Assembly (NCBI RefSeq): GCF_006345805.1
Contig: NC_043000.1
Location: 83,080,001-83,144,000 of the forward strand
Reading direction: 5' to 3'
DNA length: 64,000 nucleotides
From: Octopus sinensis
Lineage: Eukaryota
The notes beneath the pieces are model-generated. The model made no database searches, was not told the DNA's origin, and saw only the letters and a program-made list of their open reading frames with translations. How positions within the stretch are numbered: the stretch's first letter is position 1; every line of letters begins with the position of its first letter. Positions 11,850 through 24,759 of this stretch are shown here, piece by piece. The position numbers were made by a program, and so were the translations under genes.

Positions 11850-12866
11850 CTGTTTGAAAAGCAAAACATTGGGCTACAACAAGTAACCTTAGGTGGCAAG
11901 AACCCTCCTAAGTATTCTAGCTGTCCTTAATAACACTGTTTTCTAGAGCTGTACTAAACTGGATTTTATGCCTATTTTTCTCTATTCATCTGTTCAGATC
12001 TTTAGGGTAGTTTTCAATGCACCTATAACTATTGTGATACATTTTACCTGCATATTCCATAGTCTCTGTCATGCAATAGCTAGGTCCTGGTACTTTGCTA
12101 TTTTTTTCCATACTTCTCATATTAATGTTTTCATCATTTGGGACTATAAAGTCAGTTATCTGGCACTTTCTATTCTCTTTATCTACTGCTACCAAATCAA
12201 GCCTTCTAGCTTCTATTACTCTGTCTGTATGAATGTTCAAGTCCCACAACATCTTATATTTCTTACTTTCTAGTACTTTACTGGGTCCATGTTCATACTA
12301 TTTATCAGTAAGTTCAAATCCTAGCTCTCTACTTAGCTCTCAGTGGATTACTCTCCCTAGATTGTCATGTCTTTACTTGTATTCTTTCTGTGCCAGCATG
12401 CTACATTCACTTACTATAATGGTAATGCTTTCCTCTTTTGATCTGCATAACCTACATTGGGAATCTACTTGGTTTTTGTCTATCTTGGCTTATATCCAAT
12501 TAGTCCTTAATGCTTGATTTTGTACAGCTACTAACAAAATGACTGTCTCCCTCTTTATCTTTCCTTTCTGCTACTATAACCATGTCTCACTACTACTATC
12601 TGCTGCAACTATCTTTGGGAATCTACCATGAAACGCCTTTTCTTTCTAGTTAGATAATTTCTGTTCTTTTTTTCTGGTTTTTAACTTCATTTAGGTTTTT
12701 AGTTTCCCTATGTCTTGCTGTGACTCTAGCAGCTTTTAATAAACTTTTTTCACTATTACCTACATAGGAGTCTACATCTACTCTAGCTAACTCCATGCAG
12801 TCTTCTACTGATATTAACCCTCTTCCACCTTCCTTTCTAGGTAGGTATAATCTTGCTACAATCTTC
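11850..12866 (-). mobile_element. R4/Dong-like LINE fragment (family C), degenerate
   Basis: LYLPRKEGGRGL...LWDLNIHTDRVIEARRLDLV. Reverse-complementary to ~33030-34000. The 5' break abuts (TAA)n at 12867. Confidence 0.88.
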
Positions 12867-12910
<44 letters not shown>

Positions 12911-13944
12911 TTTACTTCTCAAAGTTCTTAATTTTACTTGTTCCAGTTAATTGTGTGAGAGCAGACAGCCATCTGTTGTCAAATGTCTTACAGGGTCTCT
13001 TTCTCATGAACTATATGACTTGGTACCTAGATGTTAAGTATCATGGAAGATACCTAACATCCAAATACCAATCTCAAACTCTTTGCTATCCCCAATAGAG
13101 CATGCTCTATCCTCTTGTCAATTCCAAGTTCTCTGACATATTTCTCAAACTTAGTTGTTAGTGCTCCAAGTATCCCATGTTTCTTGCCATTCTCAATTGA
13201 AATCCAGGTAGATGACTTTGCTCAGGAATTCAGTTGACTATGCCTTCTTCTACAAATATGCAGTGGCCTCATACCAATGTAAGTATTATTCAGATGGGTG
13301 GAGGTGTAAGATGAAATGGTAAATGCTGTTAACATACCAGTAACATAATATTCAAACCAGCTGCCAAGAAAGTGTTAAATATACAATTATCTATTTACCT
13401 TAGCCACTAATTTCAATGGGTTTATAAGCAGTGTGTTTGTAGATAATTAAGGAAGGTGCACAGTTACTGACAAAGGTGCACAGTTACTGACAAAACTTCA
13501 ACTAGAATTGAAATAAGCAGCATGTACAGTTGTTTCTTCATTTTATCTCCATAACATATTGTATATACAGATGTAACATTTACTTTCATTGTAACATACA
13601 GTGCTGGTTAAAAATTCTACAGATATGTTTTACATTATATTTATTATAGCTTACAGTAATGTTTATTTTTCATTTTACACAAAGACTCCTCTTCACAGGA
13701 AATTAACTAGTAAAACAGAAATCAATAATTTAGCCTAATTTTATGAACAGGATTAAGGACTCATGTCAAAGTCAGGCAGAACTGTAATTTATTTCAATTT
13801 AAGATGAAATTTCAAACATCTTAACTCTAATAAAGATAAATATCTATTCACTTTACATACTAAGTAGTAAGTAAGTAAAATCCCTAGTTAGTGACTGGAG
13901 GGGGAGGCTGTCCTCTCAGCCAATATGCTGCTGTGGGTGCCATC

Positions 13945-13960
13945 TTCATCATCATCATCA

Positions 13961-14017
<57 letters not shown>

Positions 14018-14185
14018 TTATTATTATTAAACATCTGCTTTCAATTCTGGCATAGGTAGAACAGTTTGACAGGGAACCAGTAAGCTGCAGGGCTGCACCA
14101 AGTTCCAATGTCATCTTTGGCATAATTTCTACAACTGGATGCCCTACCTAACACCAACCTCCTTACAGAGTGTACTGAATGCTTA
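13945..14185 (-). mobile_element. RTE-family 3' tail fragment ending in (GAT)n/(AAT)n
   Basis: Matches the 6290-6450 tail. Similar tails lie at ~14940-15200, 46800-47130, 47440-47560, 50300-50500, 51357-51660, 57200-57662, 59230-59540 and 60167-60740. Confidence 0.8.
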
Positions 14186-14195
14186 GTAGTTTTAC

Positions 14196-14322
14196 CTGCC
14201 ATAAAAATTATGCAACTCATCACAAAGACTTTCAATAGAAGCATATTCTCTTTCATGAATGGCTTGGTGGAGGACACGGATTAGGAATTCATGATAACTC
14301 ATTTTCTTTTTGTGTTTGCTTG
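14196..14322 (-). CDS. CFAP54: CFAP54-like exon, phase 1-2
   Basis: Acceptor ttttttacag, donor gtaaaa; 127 nt, (A)SKHKKKMSYHEFLIRVLHQAIHEREYASIESLCDELHNFYG(R) (cf. KFKQKPRFLEFFTQV...). Confidence 0.86.
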
Positions 14323-15245
14323 CTGTAAAAAACAAAAAAAAACAAAAACAAAAAAAGCCTATTAACCAAATATCTTTATGGTAAACGATAATTAACAACA
14401 AATAGAAAAATGCACAGAAATAGGGTTTGTAAGTTAAATAGCTATATTTTGTCCCAGGCAATTGAAAAATTTGATAATTTAATTACCAACACCCAGAGAA
14501 ATGAAAATAACATGAGATGTGGTAAATATTGCTTAACAAACCTTGTTACACATTGTAATATTAAATTAAAAGATTCAGTAGAAAGGAGGCTTGGTCAGTA
14601 GTAAGGGTGAATGCACATATTTCTCTCAGACCATCAAACATATGGTCGGTATGTTTTATATTCTGGAGTTAGATATGTAATTTAACAAAGCAGGGGGAAA
14701 GAAGTATTTACACAACGCACTAATGTTACTGTTACACGAGGTTAAATGCTCTCTGCCAACGGCTCATAGCAAACTGCTTCCTGAATTGCTGACAGTTCTT
14801 TATTTTATAGCAATGTGTCAGTCCGATTTTAGTCATATGTGGGTGGTCAGAATACTTTCACAACAGTATGTCATCCTCCCCCTCCTCCTGCTCCTGCTCC
14901 TCCTCATCATCACCATCATCATCCTCACCAACATCATCACTATCTAATGTCTGTTTTCCATCCTGGCATGGGTTGGACAGTTTGACTGAAACTGGTAAGG
15001 CCAGGGGCCCACACCATACTCTACTGTCTATTCTGGCATGGTTTCTATGGCTGGATGCCCTTCCTAACACCAACCACTTTACAGTGTATATTGGGTGCTT
15101 TTTTTTTGTGGAATCAGCACAGTGCTTTTAGCATAGCACCAGTACAAAACATGGTACCAGAATGAATGTGGCACCAGCACACATGTTTCTTAACCAGAAC
15201 GTGTAATTAAATTCCTATTTCTCCCTTTGCAAATATTCACAATTA

Positions 15246-15592
15246 CACTATATGATTAAAAGTATCCGGACACCCTGTGAAACGTGTGTTTACCATAGAG
15301 GCTGCCACAATACTACTATTTACTATGCAGAACACATGCTCAGAGATCTTAGTAGCTGGCAGACAGTGCTAGGCAGCAGAATTCAGGCCGACCTCCCATG
15401 TTAGCCCCTAGAGACTGTCAAGTGTTGAAACCTTTCACCACCTGATTGAAAGTATGCCTGCAAGAGTGGAGGCTGTCATCAAAGCTAAGGGTGGGCCAAC
15501 ACTGTAGTGACTGCCAGTGTTCCTGATGGAGGTTGGCCCAAACTTGTACTTCATTATCAGGTGGGTGTCTGGATACTTTTGATCACATGGTG
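15246..15592 (+). mobile_element. Tc1-like internally deleted DNA transposon
   Basis: ~30-bp imperfect TIRs (CACTATATGATTAAAAGTATCCGGACACCC) with TA on both flanks. Internal remnant LIESMPARVEAVIKAKGGPTL* is a Tc1 transposase C-terminus. Confidence 0.88.
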
Positions 15593-17129
15593 TATATGTA
15601 TCTATAATTAGACACTGAAACATAAATTTATGTACTTATTTAGACAAGTTGTATTGGCCAAAAGTCTTTCATAAATCTTTCTACATCATGTTCTGGCCCC
15701 TTCTTTCATACACTAACCTCTCATCTCTTCACATAAAGCAGCCTCTCTCTTCACTGTTGCCCCATTCAATCAAATGGGATTTTAATCTTGTGAGCTGTAT
15801 AATGACATCAGTAGTGCTGGTGCCATAAAAAAATGCACCCATTACACCATATAAGTCATCAGCATTAAGAAAGGTATCACTGCAGAGACCCTGCCGAAGT
15901 AGACACTGGAACACAAAGTCCTCAGACTCGATCCTCTAATGGAAGATGGATATTAAAAGATGGTGCTGGTGTGGAAGATGAATCCTTTACTTTCGTCAAC
16001 TCTTTACACACACTCTTCTACTCACACTCCAGACACCCCCAAGTGTCTCAAAATGTAACCCCTACTAAATTCACTACTGTCTCTGCACCTATTGGATCAT
16101 CTAATCAGTACCTCATTGCAACTGCCCAACAAGCAACCACACATTATGCAGTGCTTCTTGTAGCTGATAACAAGAAATTAGCAGCAGCATGAAAGGCAGT
16201 AAATGAAATCAGTTGAAGGAAGAAATGAAATATTTGCAGACTGAAGGCTCATAGTCAACAAGAGAGGATTGAATCATGGAAGAAGCACTTTGAAGATCTA
16301 GACAAAGTTCCAGCCATATTCAAATTGAATTTTTTCAAGTGATTGGTCAAGGAGAAAAGTGTAATGAAGGCAGAAGGTAAAGTTACCTTCTTGAATCATA
16401 AGGGCTGGTTTTCCTGTTTCATGGTGTATATATTCCCCACCTGGATGAGATGCCAGTCCATTGCAGGATTACTCATTTTTGCCAGCTTAGTGGACTGGAG
16501 CAACATGAAATGTATTGTTTTGCTCAAGAGCACAACATATCACCTGGTCCAGGAATCAAAACTACAATCTTACAATCATGAGTCCAATACCATAACCACT
16601 AAGCCATGCATCTCCACTAATGAAAACAGAAGGGGTTTTAGAGGAATGCAATTTTGAGGTAGAAGATCTTGAAGGAGTCAAATATAATGAGAAAAGCAAG
16701 AATCAGTGAGCAGGTTTGTAAAGGGATTGCATGCAAATAGCTTTCACTCAGACATATCAGGAATATTGAGTGACAAGCAATTTAGTTCTAGATATGGGGA
16801 ATTGTGACCCATATATCTAAGTAGTGTAAAGGCAAGCAAATGATAATTTTTAGTTGCTTACTAGACTTACTACCCAGCCTTACCTAATAAAATATTGATG
16901 GAAATGTTTGCCAGTTTGTAGAATGGGTATTCACGGTACTTATGCATGTACATATATTTAACCTAACTTCTGAACTTATTTAATTGGAACGATCCAAACA
17001 ATAGTAATCAGTTTACATGAGTAGAAGCCTTTTTTTAACAATTTTTATCCTGAAAATCATCTGTTACTTTTGTTTTAAAGTGAAAGTGGGAAGAAAGTGA
17101 AAGATGTATGAACATGTATATGAAATAGA

Positions 17130-17164
<35 letters not shown>

Positions 17165-17430
17165 AAGTGTGCCTCATACCTATACATGAGAACACATGTT
17201 CAGTCACTCACACACACCCTCTCTCTCTCTCAGTCACACACACACACACATGCACACATACTTACAAAAAAAGATGTAGGCATATGTATTGATGTATGTA
17301 TGTATATATGACAATACATCCCTTCACTCTCACTCTCTATTTTCTCTCTCTCTTCCTCTCTTTCTCTCTTTCTCTCTTTCTCTCTCTTCCTCTCTTTCTC
17401 TCTCTCGCTCTCTCTTTCACACACACACAT
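17130..17430. repeat. Compound (GT)n/(GA)n/(CA)n/(CT)n microsatellites
   Basis: Read directly. These tracts generate the spurious ORFs at 17104-17495. Confidence 0.9.
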
Positions 17431-18102
17431 CTATTTCATATACACAAACATACATCTTTCACTTTGTCCTCTCTTTCATTTTAAAACAAAAGTAAATAGG
17501 TATAAAATTTTTACAGAAATTAACGAACTCCGAATGATGAAATCACATTCAGTTAAAAATATTTCTAAATGATTAAAATATTGTGTACGTCAAAAAGTCA
17601 AAGCTTTTTTTTCCCCTCCTTAGAGAGTGCAAAGACAATTTGTGTGTACATGTCACAGATAGTGAACGTGTGTTTGTGTATTCTGTATATGTGTTGATGT
17701 CATGGAAGCCATGTACTTTTTCATCAAAAAATAACAAAAATTGTATTTAATCACTTAAATAGAGGTCCAAATGTCACAAAAAGTTATACTGTACTGCTGA
17801 AAGTAAATATGAAAATAAATATGTAAAAAAAATTAAGATAAAATATACTATTTCTGAGATATTTTGGTAACACACAAACATCCCTAGAGTTAGTATTATC
17901 AAAATTATTCATGAATGTTGAGAATTCAAGATCAAATACTATTTTTTTCTGTTAAAGTCAAAAGACTAACAGCAATAAAACATGCTTCATAAAACATGAT
18001 TTCATCATTCCATCATTTATATAAGATCTATTAAAATAGTGGCACAGGCATGGATAAGTGCAGATGTGGATAGACACAGGTGTGGATAGAAACAGGTGTG
18101 AA

Positions 18103-18500
18103 TAGGCACAGTCTGTGCAGTAAAACGCTTGCTTCCCAACTACATCCAGGTTCAGTCCCACTGTATGGCACCTTGGGTAAGTGTCTTCCATTGTAGCCTT
18201 GGGCCAACCAAAGCCTTGTGAGTGGACTTAGTAGACGGAAACTGAAAGAAGCATGTCATATATATATGTATATATCTATGTGTGTTTGTGTTTGTCCCCA
18301 CCATCATGCTTGACAACCGGTATTGGTGTGTTTATGTCCCTGTAACTTCGTAGTTCAGCAAAAGAGACAGATAGAATTAGTATTAGGCTTAAATAATAAG
18401 TCCTGGCATCAATTTGTTTGACTAAAACCCCTCAAGGTGGTGCTCCAGCATAACCACAGTCAAATGACTGAAACAAGTAAACTAATAAAATAATAAAAGA
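18103..18500 (+). mobile_element. tRNA-derived SINE, family 2 (older copy)
   Basis: Colinear with 54559-54960, including the internal (TA)/(TG) tract and the AAATGACTGAAACAAGTAAA end. Confidence 0.85.
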
Positions 18501-18582
18501 ATATGAAATATATCTAGCAACATTACAATTATAATTTCTAAAAGATTTAATGAAAGACTAAAATTTCTTAGAATTCACTTAC

Positions 18583-18678
18583 CTTCCTTATTTCCTTGAC
18601 GGCTGGATGCTATTGAACAATAAACTAATCCAACACTGCTATCTTCATCCTTAACAAAAGATTCAGCCTCATTGTTGA
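18583..18678 (-). CDS. CFAP54: CFAP54-like exon, phase 1-1
   Basis: Strong donor gtaagt, weak acceptor tttcataag; 96 nt, (V)NNEAESFVKDEDSSVGLVYCSIASSRQGNKE. Only one frame is open and its phases match both neighbours. Confidence 0.72.
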
Positions 18679-19199
18679 CTTATGAAATTGATGAAAGTTT
18701 TCAAATATTTCAGAAAGGAAAAGAAAATGAAAATATAATTTGAAATTCTTCCAACTCATATCTTATGAAATATTATGAGAAGAAACCTATTTTTTTTATC
18801 TAACTGTATCAATGTGTATAATCCAAATAAAAAGGTAAATTATCTGATGTAAAGGTCATCTAACAATGATTAATCCCACCTTGATAATAATAATAACAAT
18901 AATGATGATGATGATGATGATGGCTTCAAACTTTGGCAAAAGACCAGCAATTTTTTAGGGGAAAGGAAAGTCAATTACATCAACCCTAGTGCTCAACATT
19001 ATATTTCATTTTACCTTGAAAGTATAAATGATCAAATTATAAAAAATTTAAGGTGATCTTTCATTTTATAAAAATATGAGATCAGAAATCAACCACCAAA
19101 ACAGCAAACCTAAAATCAGTTCAACAAGGAACAAAGAAAGACAAAGGGGAAATTAAGCAATGAAAGGAACAGAAAGAGGAAGGAGTTACAAGCTGTACA

Positions 19200-19680
19200 C
19201 TTCAGTCCAAAAGGTGTGGGTAGCTGCACTCCACAGACATAATAGCAAAGCAAAGGCATTGCCATAGTGTATGGTCAGCGGCACTCACTGCATCAGCCTT
19301 ATGAGGTTGATTTTATGGATGAAATCATCAATGCAGGGTCCAAGAACATTCAAAGCTTCAATGGTGGCTGGTGTGAATAGATAGTGGCTGGCTGAACTCC
19401 AGTACTCAGTTATCTTTTCTGCATTGCGGGTGGTAACACCTGGATTTGAGGCAAATGTAAAGTTGGAAACTGAGAAAATATGTTACAGCATATTGCATCC
19501 CAGATTAGGGATTTACCTCCCTTGTATGGGAAGAGGGTTATTCCATTGAGGTACTTACTATCCTTGCAGTCGAGACTTGCTGGCTCCAGTTGTGGTGGGA
19601 AACCCAGCCACATCGAGGCCCCTTCTGATGATATCATTCAGAGCTGCATGTCTGGATGACCAGCCCATGCTATGGTAGTA
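19200..19680 (-). mobile_element. CRE-clade-like LINE endonuclease fragment
   Basis: HAALNDIIRRGL...LEPASLDCKDSKYLNGITLFPYKGGKSLIWDAIC, a decayed RH..LNDII.R / LEP.GL.R.DGKRPDG.TL.PW..GK.L.WD motif. Frameshifted. Confidence 0.75.
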
Positions 19681-19893
19681 TAATAATGGGTATAATGGGT
19701 ACAGGCTGAATTCATTTACTACAGCTCCACAGGGGCATTTGTGTTCAACTGGTACTTATTTATTGATCCCAAAAGGATGAAATGTAAAGTCAACCGCAAC
19801 AAAATTTGAATTCAGAATATAAAGAGAGATGAAATGTCACTAAGCATTTTGTCCAGTATGCTTACAGTTCTGTATGCTCACAACCTTCTTTGA

Positions 19894-19975
<82 letters not shown>

Positions 19976-20382
19976 GACTGGTGTAACCTCTGCATCTGTG
20001 GGAGTCCTGTGGCAAGTTATACAAGGCAAATTTGGTGTCCCTAGCCTTAGCTAGCAACTAAGTTACAGTTGGTGTTGTATTTGGGGTGACCCTTTACATG
20101 AGAATCTCAACTAAATACACCCAGGGAGCAAACCCTGCAGAAAATCATTCTCATTCATTACAATGATGATAACTAATGCTAATCCAAATAATGGGATAAA
20201 TGGGAAGACTCCCCTGGATGTCCAAGATACCGAATCTCCTGCACTCAGCAGGGGCCTCTCAGAGTACAATAGAGTACTCCCACACCAATAAAAAAAAGGA
20301 ACAAGAACACACAATGCTGCACACACCCCAGCAGCAGAAGTTGTTGCAGGGGATGGAGTAGAAATTTGCCTGAAACTATCAA

Positions 20383-20502
20383 AACAACAACAACAACAAC
20401 AACAACAAAAACAACAACAACAACAACAACAGCAGCAGCAGCAGCAGCAGCAACAACAACAACAACAATAACAACAAAAACAACAACAACAACAATAATA
20501 AT
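20383..20502. repeat. (AAC)n/(AGC)n compound microsatellite
   Basis: Read directly. Source of the poly-T/A and poly-V ORFs in the track. Confidence 0.95.
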
Positions 20503-22511
20503 AAAACTTGTCAATAGCCTAAAAATGCTTTTGATAGTCTACCACATAGCTGGATTAAGAAATGTCTGGAAATGTATAAAATAGCTCCTACTTTGCAAAA
20601 ATTCTTGTCTGTAAGTATGAGATCATGGAGAACTACACTGACTTTGAACAGTGACAATGAATCTCTTAATGCTGGAGATGTAAGAATTTCATGTGGCATT
20701 TGCTAGGGTGACTCTTTATCACCACTCCTCTTTTGTCTAGCTTTAATACCTCTCTGGAAATTGCTCAATGATGTACAATACAGTTATAAAATGTATGATA
20801 AAAATATAAATCATCTCATTTATATGGATGATTTAAAGCTCTTTGCAAAAAATGACCAACAACTACAGGGCTTATTAGCAATTGTTAAACAATTCAGTGA
20901 TGACATCAGGGATGCAATTTGGCTTTGATAAATGTGCAAAAGCTACCTTTATCAAAAGAAAAATGACAGAAACATCTAATGTTAATATTGACCCGCAGAA
21001 TGTCATAAAGGAATTAGAACCAGTTGAGAGCTACAAATAACTAGGTGTATTTGAAGGAGACAGAATCAAACATTCAGTGATGAGGGAAACAATCGGAAGA
21101 GAATGTTATCGCAGGATAAGGGCAATACTCAAGACAGAGCTGAGTGCATGAAACAGGATCAAAGCAATCAATACTTTAGCCATACTAGTTGTGACTTACA
21201 GTTTCAATATCATTAACTGGTCAGTTACTGAAATATGAAATCTTGACAGAAAAATATGGAAATTATTGACAAATCATAGAATGCACCACCCTAAATCAGA
21301 TATAAGACAAATTTATCTACCAAGAAAAGAAGGAGGCCATGGACTTTTACAACTGGAATTAACAATGAAGATTGCCACAATCAGCCTAGATACCTACCTG
21401 AAAAACTCTGACGACTGGATGTTAAAACTTGTCTCAAAGCTGAAAACAAGAAAGCATCATACTCAGTAACAAAACAGGCAAAGGAATATCTACGTGAATT
21501 CCAGATACAACAAATTCCAGAATTAGATGTACTAGAAACAAGCACAGAAAAAGCTAAGCATATGAAAACTCATGCCAAAACTGCTGCTTTAGATATTCTT
21601 AATGATAAATGGCAAGAAAAACCTAATAGTGCCAATGTTGACAAAGCCCTTACCCATCAATGGTCAGCGGCTTCTGGCTTAAAATCAGAAACAGAAAGAT
21701 TTATCATAGCAGCCCAAGATCAATGCCTACCTACAAGAAACTACCAGGCCAACATATTAAAGAATGATAGCTGCCCAACATGTCATGAATGTCAACAACA
21801 AAAGGAACCCATTGATTGTGTTATCTCCCCATGCAGTCTTCTTGTGCCTTCAGAGTTTCTCAACAGACATGATAGAGCAGCACAATATATTCACTGGGTA
21901 ATTTGCAAAAACATGGTGAGAACACACACCACCTCCAGTGCTTGAAAATGATCACATCTCACTCCTCTGGAACTTCACAATTCAAACTGATAGAAAGACA
22001 GATGCAAATAGGCCAGACATTATATTGGAAGACTTCAGTCAAAAATCACGTCTCCTCATTGATATGAGTGTCCCAATTGATATAAATGTATCTGTCATGA
22101 CCTACCAAATACTGAGCAAGTATAAAGATCTTGAAACAGAAATTGGTAAAATGTGGAACCTCAAGACTAAAACAACACCTGTTGTCATAGGTAGACTAGG
22201 AATGATAGCAAAAGGGGCTGATTGCTACCTAGCTCAGATACCAGGAACCCCAAAATGGCAGAAATTCAAAAGATAGTGCTCATCAGAACTACCATTATCC
22301 TACATAAAATACTGTCTATGTAATATCAAATTTTAAAACAAATTTATAATTTTCTTATGTGTTCTTAAACATTCTCTAGAACATTACTATGTGCAAAACC
22401 AAATATATGACACCCTAGGCATAACACCAACATGAACTTCTAACTTGTTGTCTCTTGAGGTCTCTGGGTGAGACTTGGAACCAACTTGTACAAATACAAA
22501 GCAAAATCAAA
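20500..22511 (+). mobile_element. R4/Dong-like LINE (family A, copy 2), degenerate
   Basis: Colinear with 9690-11540 but carries many stops and frameshifts. Begins at RT domain 3 (KNAFDSLPHSWI). Flanked by (AAC/AAT)n and (ATC)n(AAT)n. Confidence 0.93.
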
Positions 22512-22576
<65 letters not shown>

Positions 22577-22593
22577 CAACAACAATACCAGGA

Positions 22594-24755
22594 TGTGCGG
22601 GGATGAGATGGAAGAAAAGGTTCATGACATCAATAGTCAAGGGACTGACAGGAAGAGGAAGCACAAGAGGGGAAGTGGAGTAGGGGGAGAGGTGAGGGTT
22701 GGCCTCTTCTTGCCCTCCAGAGACATTGTGAGCAGACATCAGGGAATTCACTCTCAGGTTGGTCAGATAGCATCTGGTTAAACTGGGTGACAGGGGTAGA
22801 GCAGGATCACCAGAGAGATTACTACTAGACAGGTGAAGACGAGAGAGGAAAGTAGTGAACCTCTTTTCATTTCCCATGCATGACAAGCTATTTCAGCAAC
22901 CGTATACAGACATTATTGTCCCCTTGATATACGATGGTAGCAAAGATAAGGATCGCCAGTGATGTCATCAGACATTTCTATGGTGAAGGAGACGTAATAA
23001 CCTGGATTTGAAAGGTCAAAGTTGTGGCCAGGCTGCAAGGCATTGAAGATGTAGCAAGCCTCATGGCACTGTAGTTAGAGGGGAGTGCACTGGCACTGTA
23101 CTTCGAAATGAATGAAGAACAACTGAGTGTGGCAAAGATCGAACAGCACTTGGGAGATGGAGAGTACACCACTTTTGCTAAGCTAGGAACAGTCAGATGG
23201 ACAGAGGAACAGGTTGATGAATATGCTGTGGAGGTAAGGAGGCTGGTTGTGCTGTCTGGTCTCACTGGAGTGGGACTGGAGAAGGTAGCATGACTGGCTT
23301 TTATGAATGGCTTTTCCTGATGACATGTCAGTACAACAATTGCCAGGCGGCAAAAAAATGGCAATGAGTGAGCTTATCATTCAAGCCCATATATTGATAC
23401 AAAACACTGGGCAGAAGGCAGTGGTGATGGTAGCTGCAAAAGCCCATGACAGCCGGTGAAAGACGAAAAGAGGCCTGCTGTGGAATGACAGCAGCCATTC
23501 ACAGGCTAGTGTTTTAAGTGCCAGTGACTGCACATGGCAAGGGACTGTGTGGAGCCAGGAATGGTTTGCTACCAGTGCAAACAGATTGGTCATATCACCC
23601 AAAATTGTGCCCTGGGAAAAAGCCACAGGGAAGTTGCTGCCTCTCAAACTTCCCCAGTGAACGAGTAGAGGTGTTGGTGAAGTCGCTGTCTGTGGTTGAG
23701 GTCATGGTCAGAGAAAACACGTTCAAGGTCCTCATAGGCACAGGCTGCACAACGACTCTTGTGACAAAGAAATGGAAGGAGACAAGTAGTGTTCAGTCAG
23801 CTGATGGCAGCAAAATCAAATGCAAGGGTAGCAGCAATGTGGAGATAGTGGTGTGAGGTACAATGCTAAGGCTGCAGGTGATCGAGATCAACCACGTGGT
23901 AGATGGGATTGATATGATAATGGGGATGGACGTGATCAACTGCCTTGGAGGTGTCAGTGTTGAGGGAGACGTGGTTTCGTTTAGTACTGTGGGGGCGTCG
24001 TGTGTCATGAGTCAGGAATGTGAGTGGGAGCAGTGCTCCGTGAGGAGCTGCACTGCCTACACCATTGAAGACAAGGATTTTCAGGTGGCATTCGATGGTC
24101 AGCAGTGGATGATAGAGTTGCGATGGGAAGGGGAGCCCCTGATGCTGAAGAACAGGGTGAGCTGCTACCAGCAGACCCTGAAAGGATATGCCAGGAGCGA
24201 GTTTGAAGAAGAGGTAGAGAGGTGGAGTAAGGGAGGTGTCCTTATCCCATGGAAGGAGGAGGTGGTGAGTGGAGTGCTACCTCTAATGGCAGTGGTACAG
24301 CCAACAAAGGGCAAAGTCAGACCGGTACTGGACTTTTGGGAGATGAATGGCCATGTATCGTGTCACACAGGTGGAAAGGTGACCAACGTCTGCAATGAGA
24401 TGCTGCACATATGGAGACAGTTAACTAAGGCACAATGATCGCCAACTTGAAGTCGGCATATTTGCAGCTCCATGTGAGTGACAGACTGTGGCAGTACCAG
24501 CTGGTGCAATACAAAGGACGGACACATTGTCTGACAAGGTTGGGTTTTGAGCTGAGTTCTGTGCCAAAGATCATGGCAACAATGATCACAGAGGTTGTGA
24601 GACATCTGAAGAAATTCAGGCTGATTGCAAAGCCACTTAAGCTTCAAAGAGACAGAACAGGTGTGTTGGTATTTTGTAGGGGGAATGAGATTCCAGAGCT
24701 GGATACTAACGTCAGCTGGAGAGGACTGTTCTCTTTTTATTTCCCATACATGACA
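22594..24755 (+). mobile_element. Decayed Ty3/Gypsy-like LTR retrotransposon, 3' part deleted
   Basis: Gag with two zinc knuckles (CFKCQ*LHMARDC and CYQCKQIGHITQNC), protease-like LIGTGCTTT, RT start (LPLMAVVQPTKGKVRPVLDF...LKSAYLQ). Both ends share TTTCCCAT(G/A)CATGACA (22885, 24755). LTR limits are tentative and there is no convincing TSD. Confidence 0.78.
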
Positions 24756-24759
24756 GGAG

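Noticed and set aside
13395-13450. Candidate exon ending at a GTAAAT donor
   Set aside because: The only open frame hits TAA upstream before any AG, and the phase is incompatible.
19976-20030. Possible HDV-like ribozyme; the 5' end of the RTE at 32104 was also inspected
   Set aside because: P1 has only 4-5 bp, and P3/L3 and J4/2 are non-canonical, so it cannot be supported by eye.
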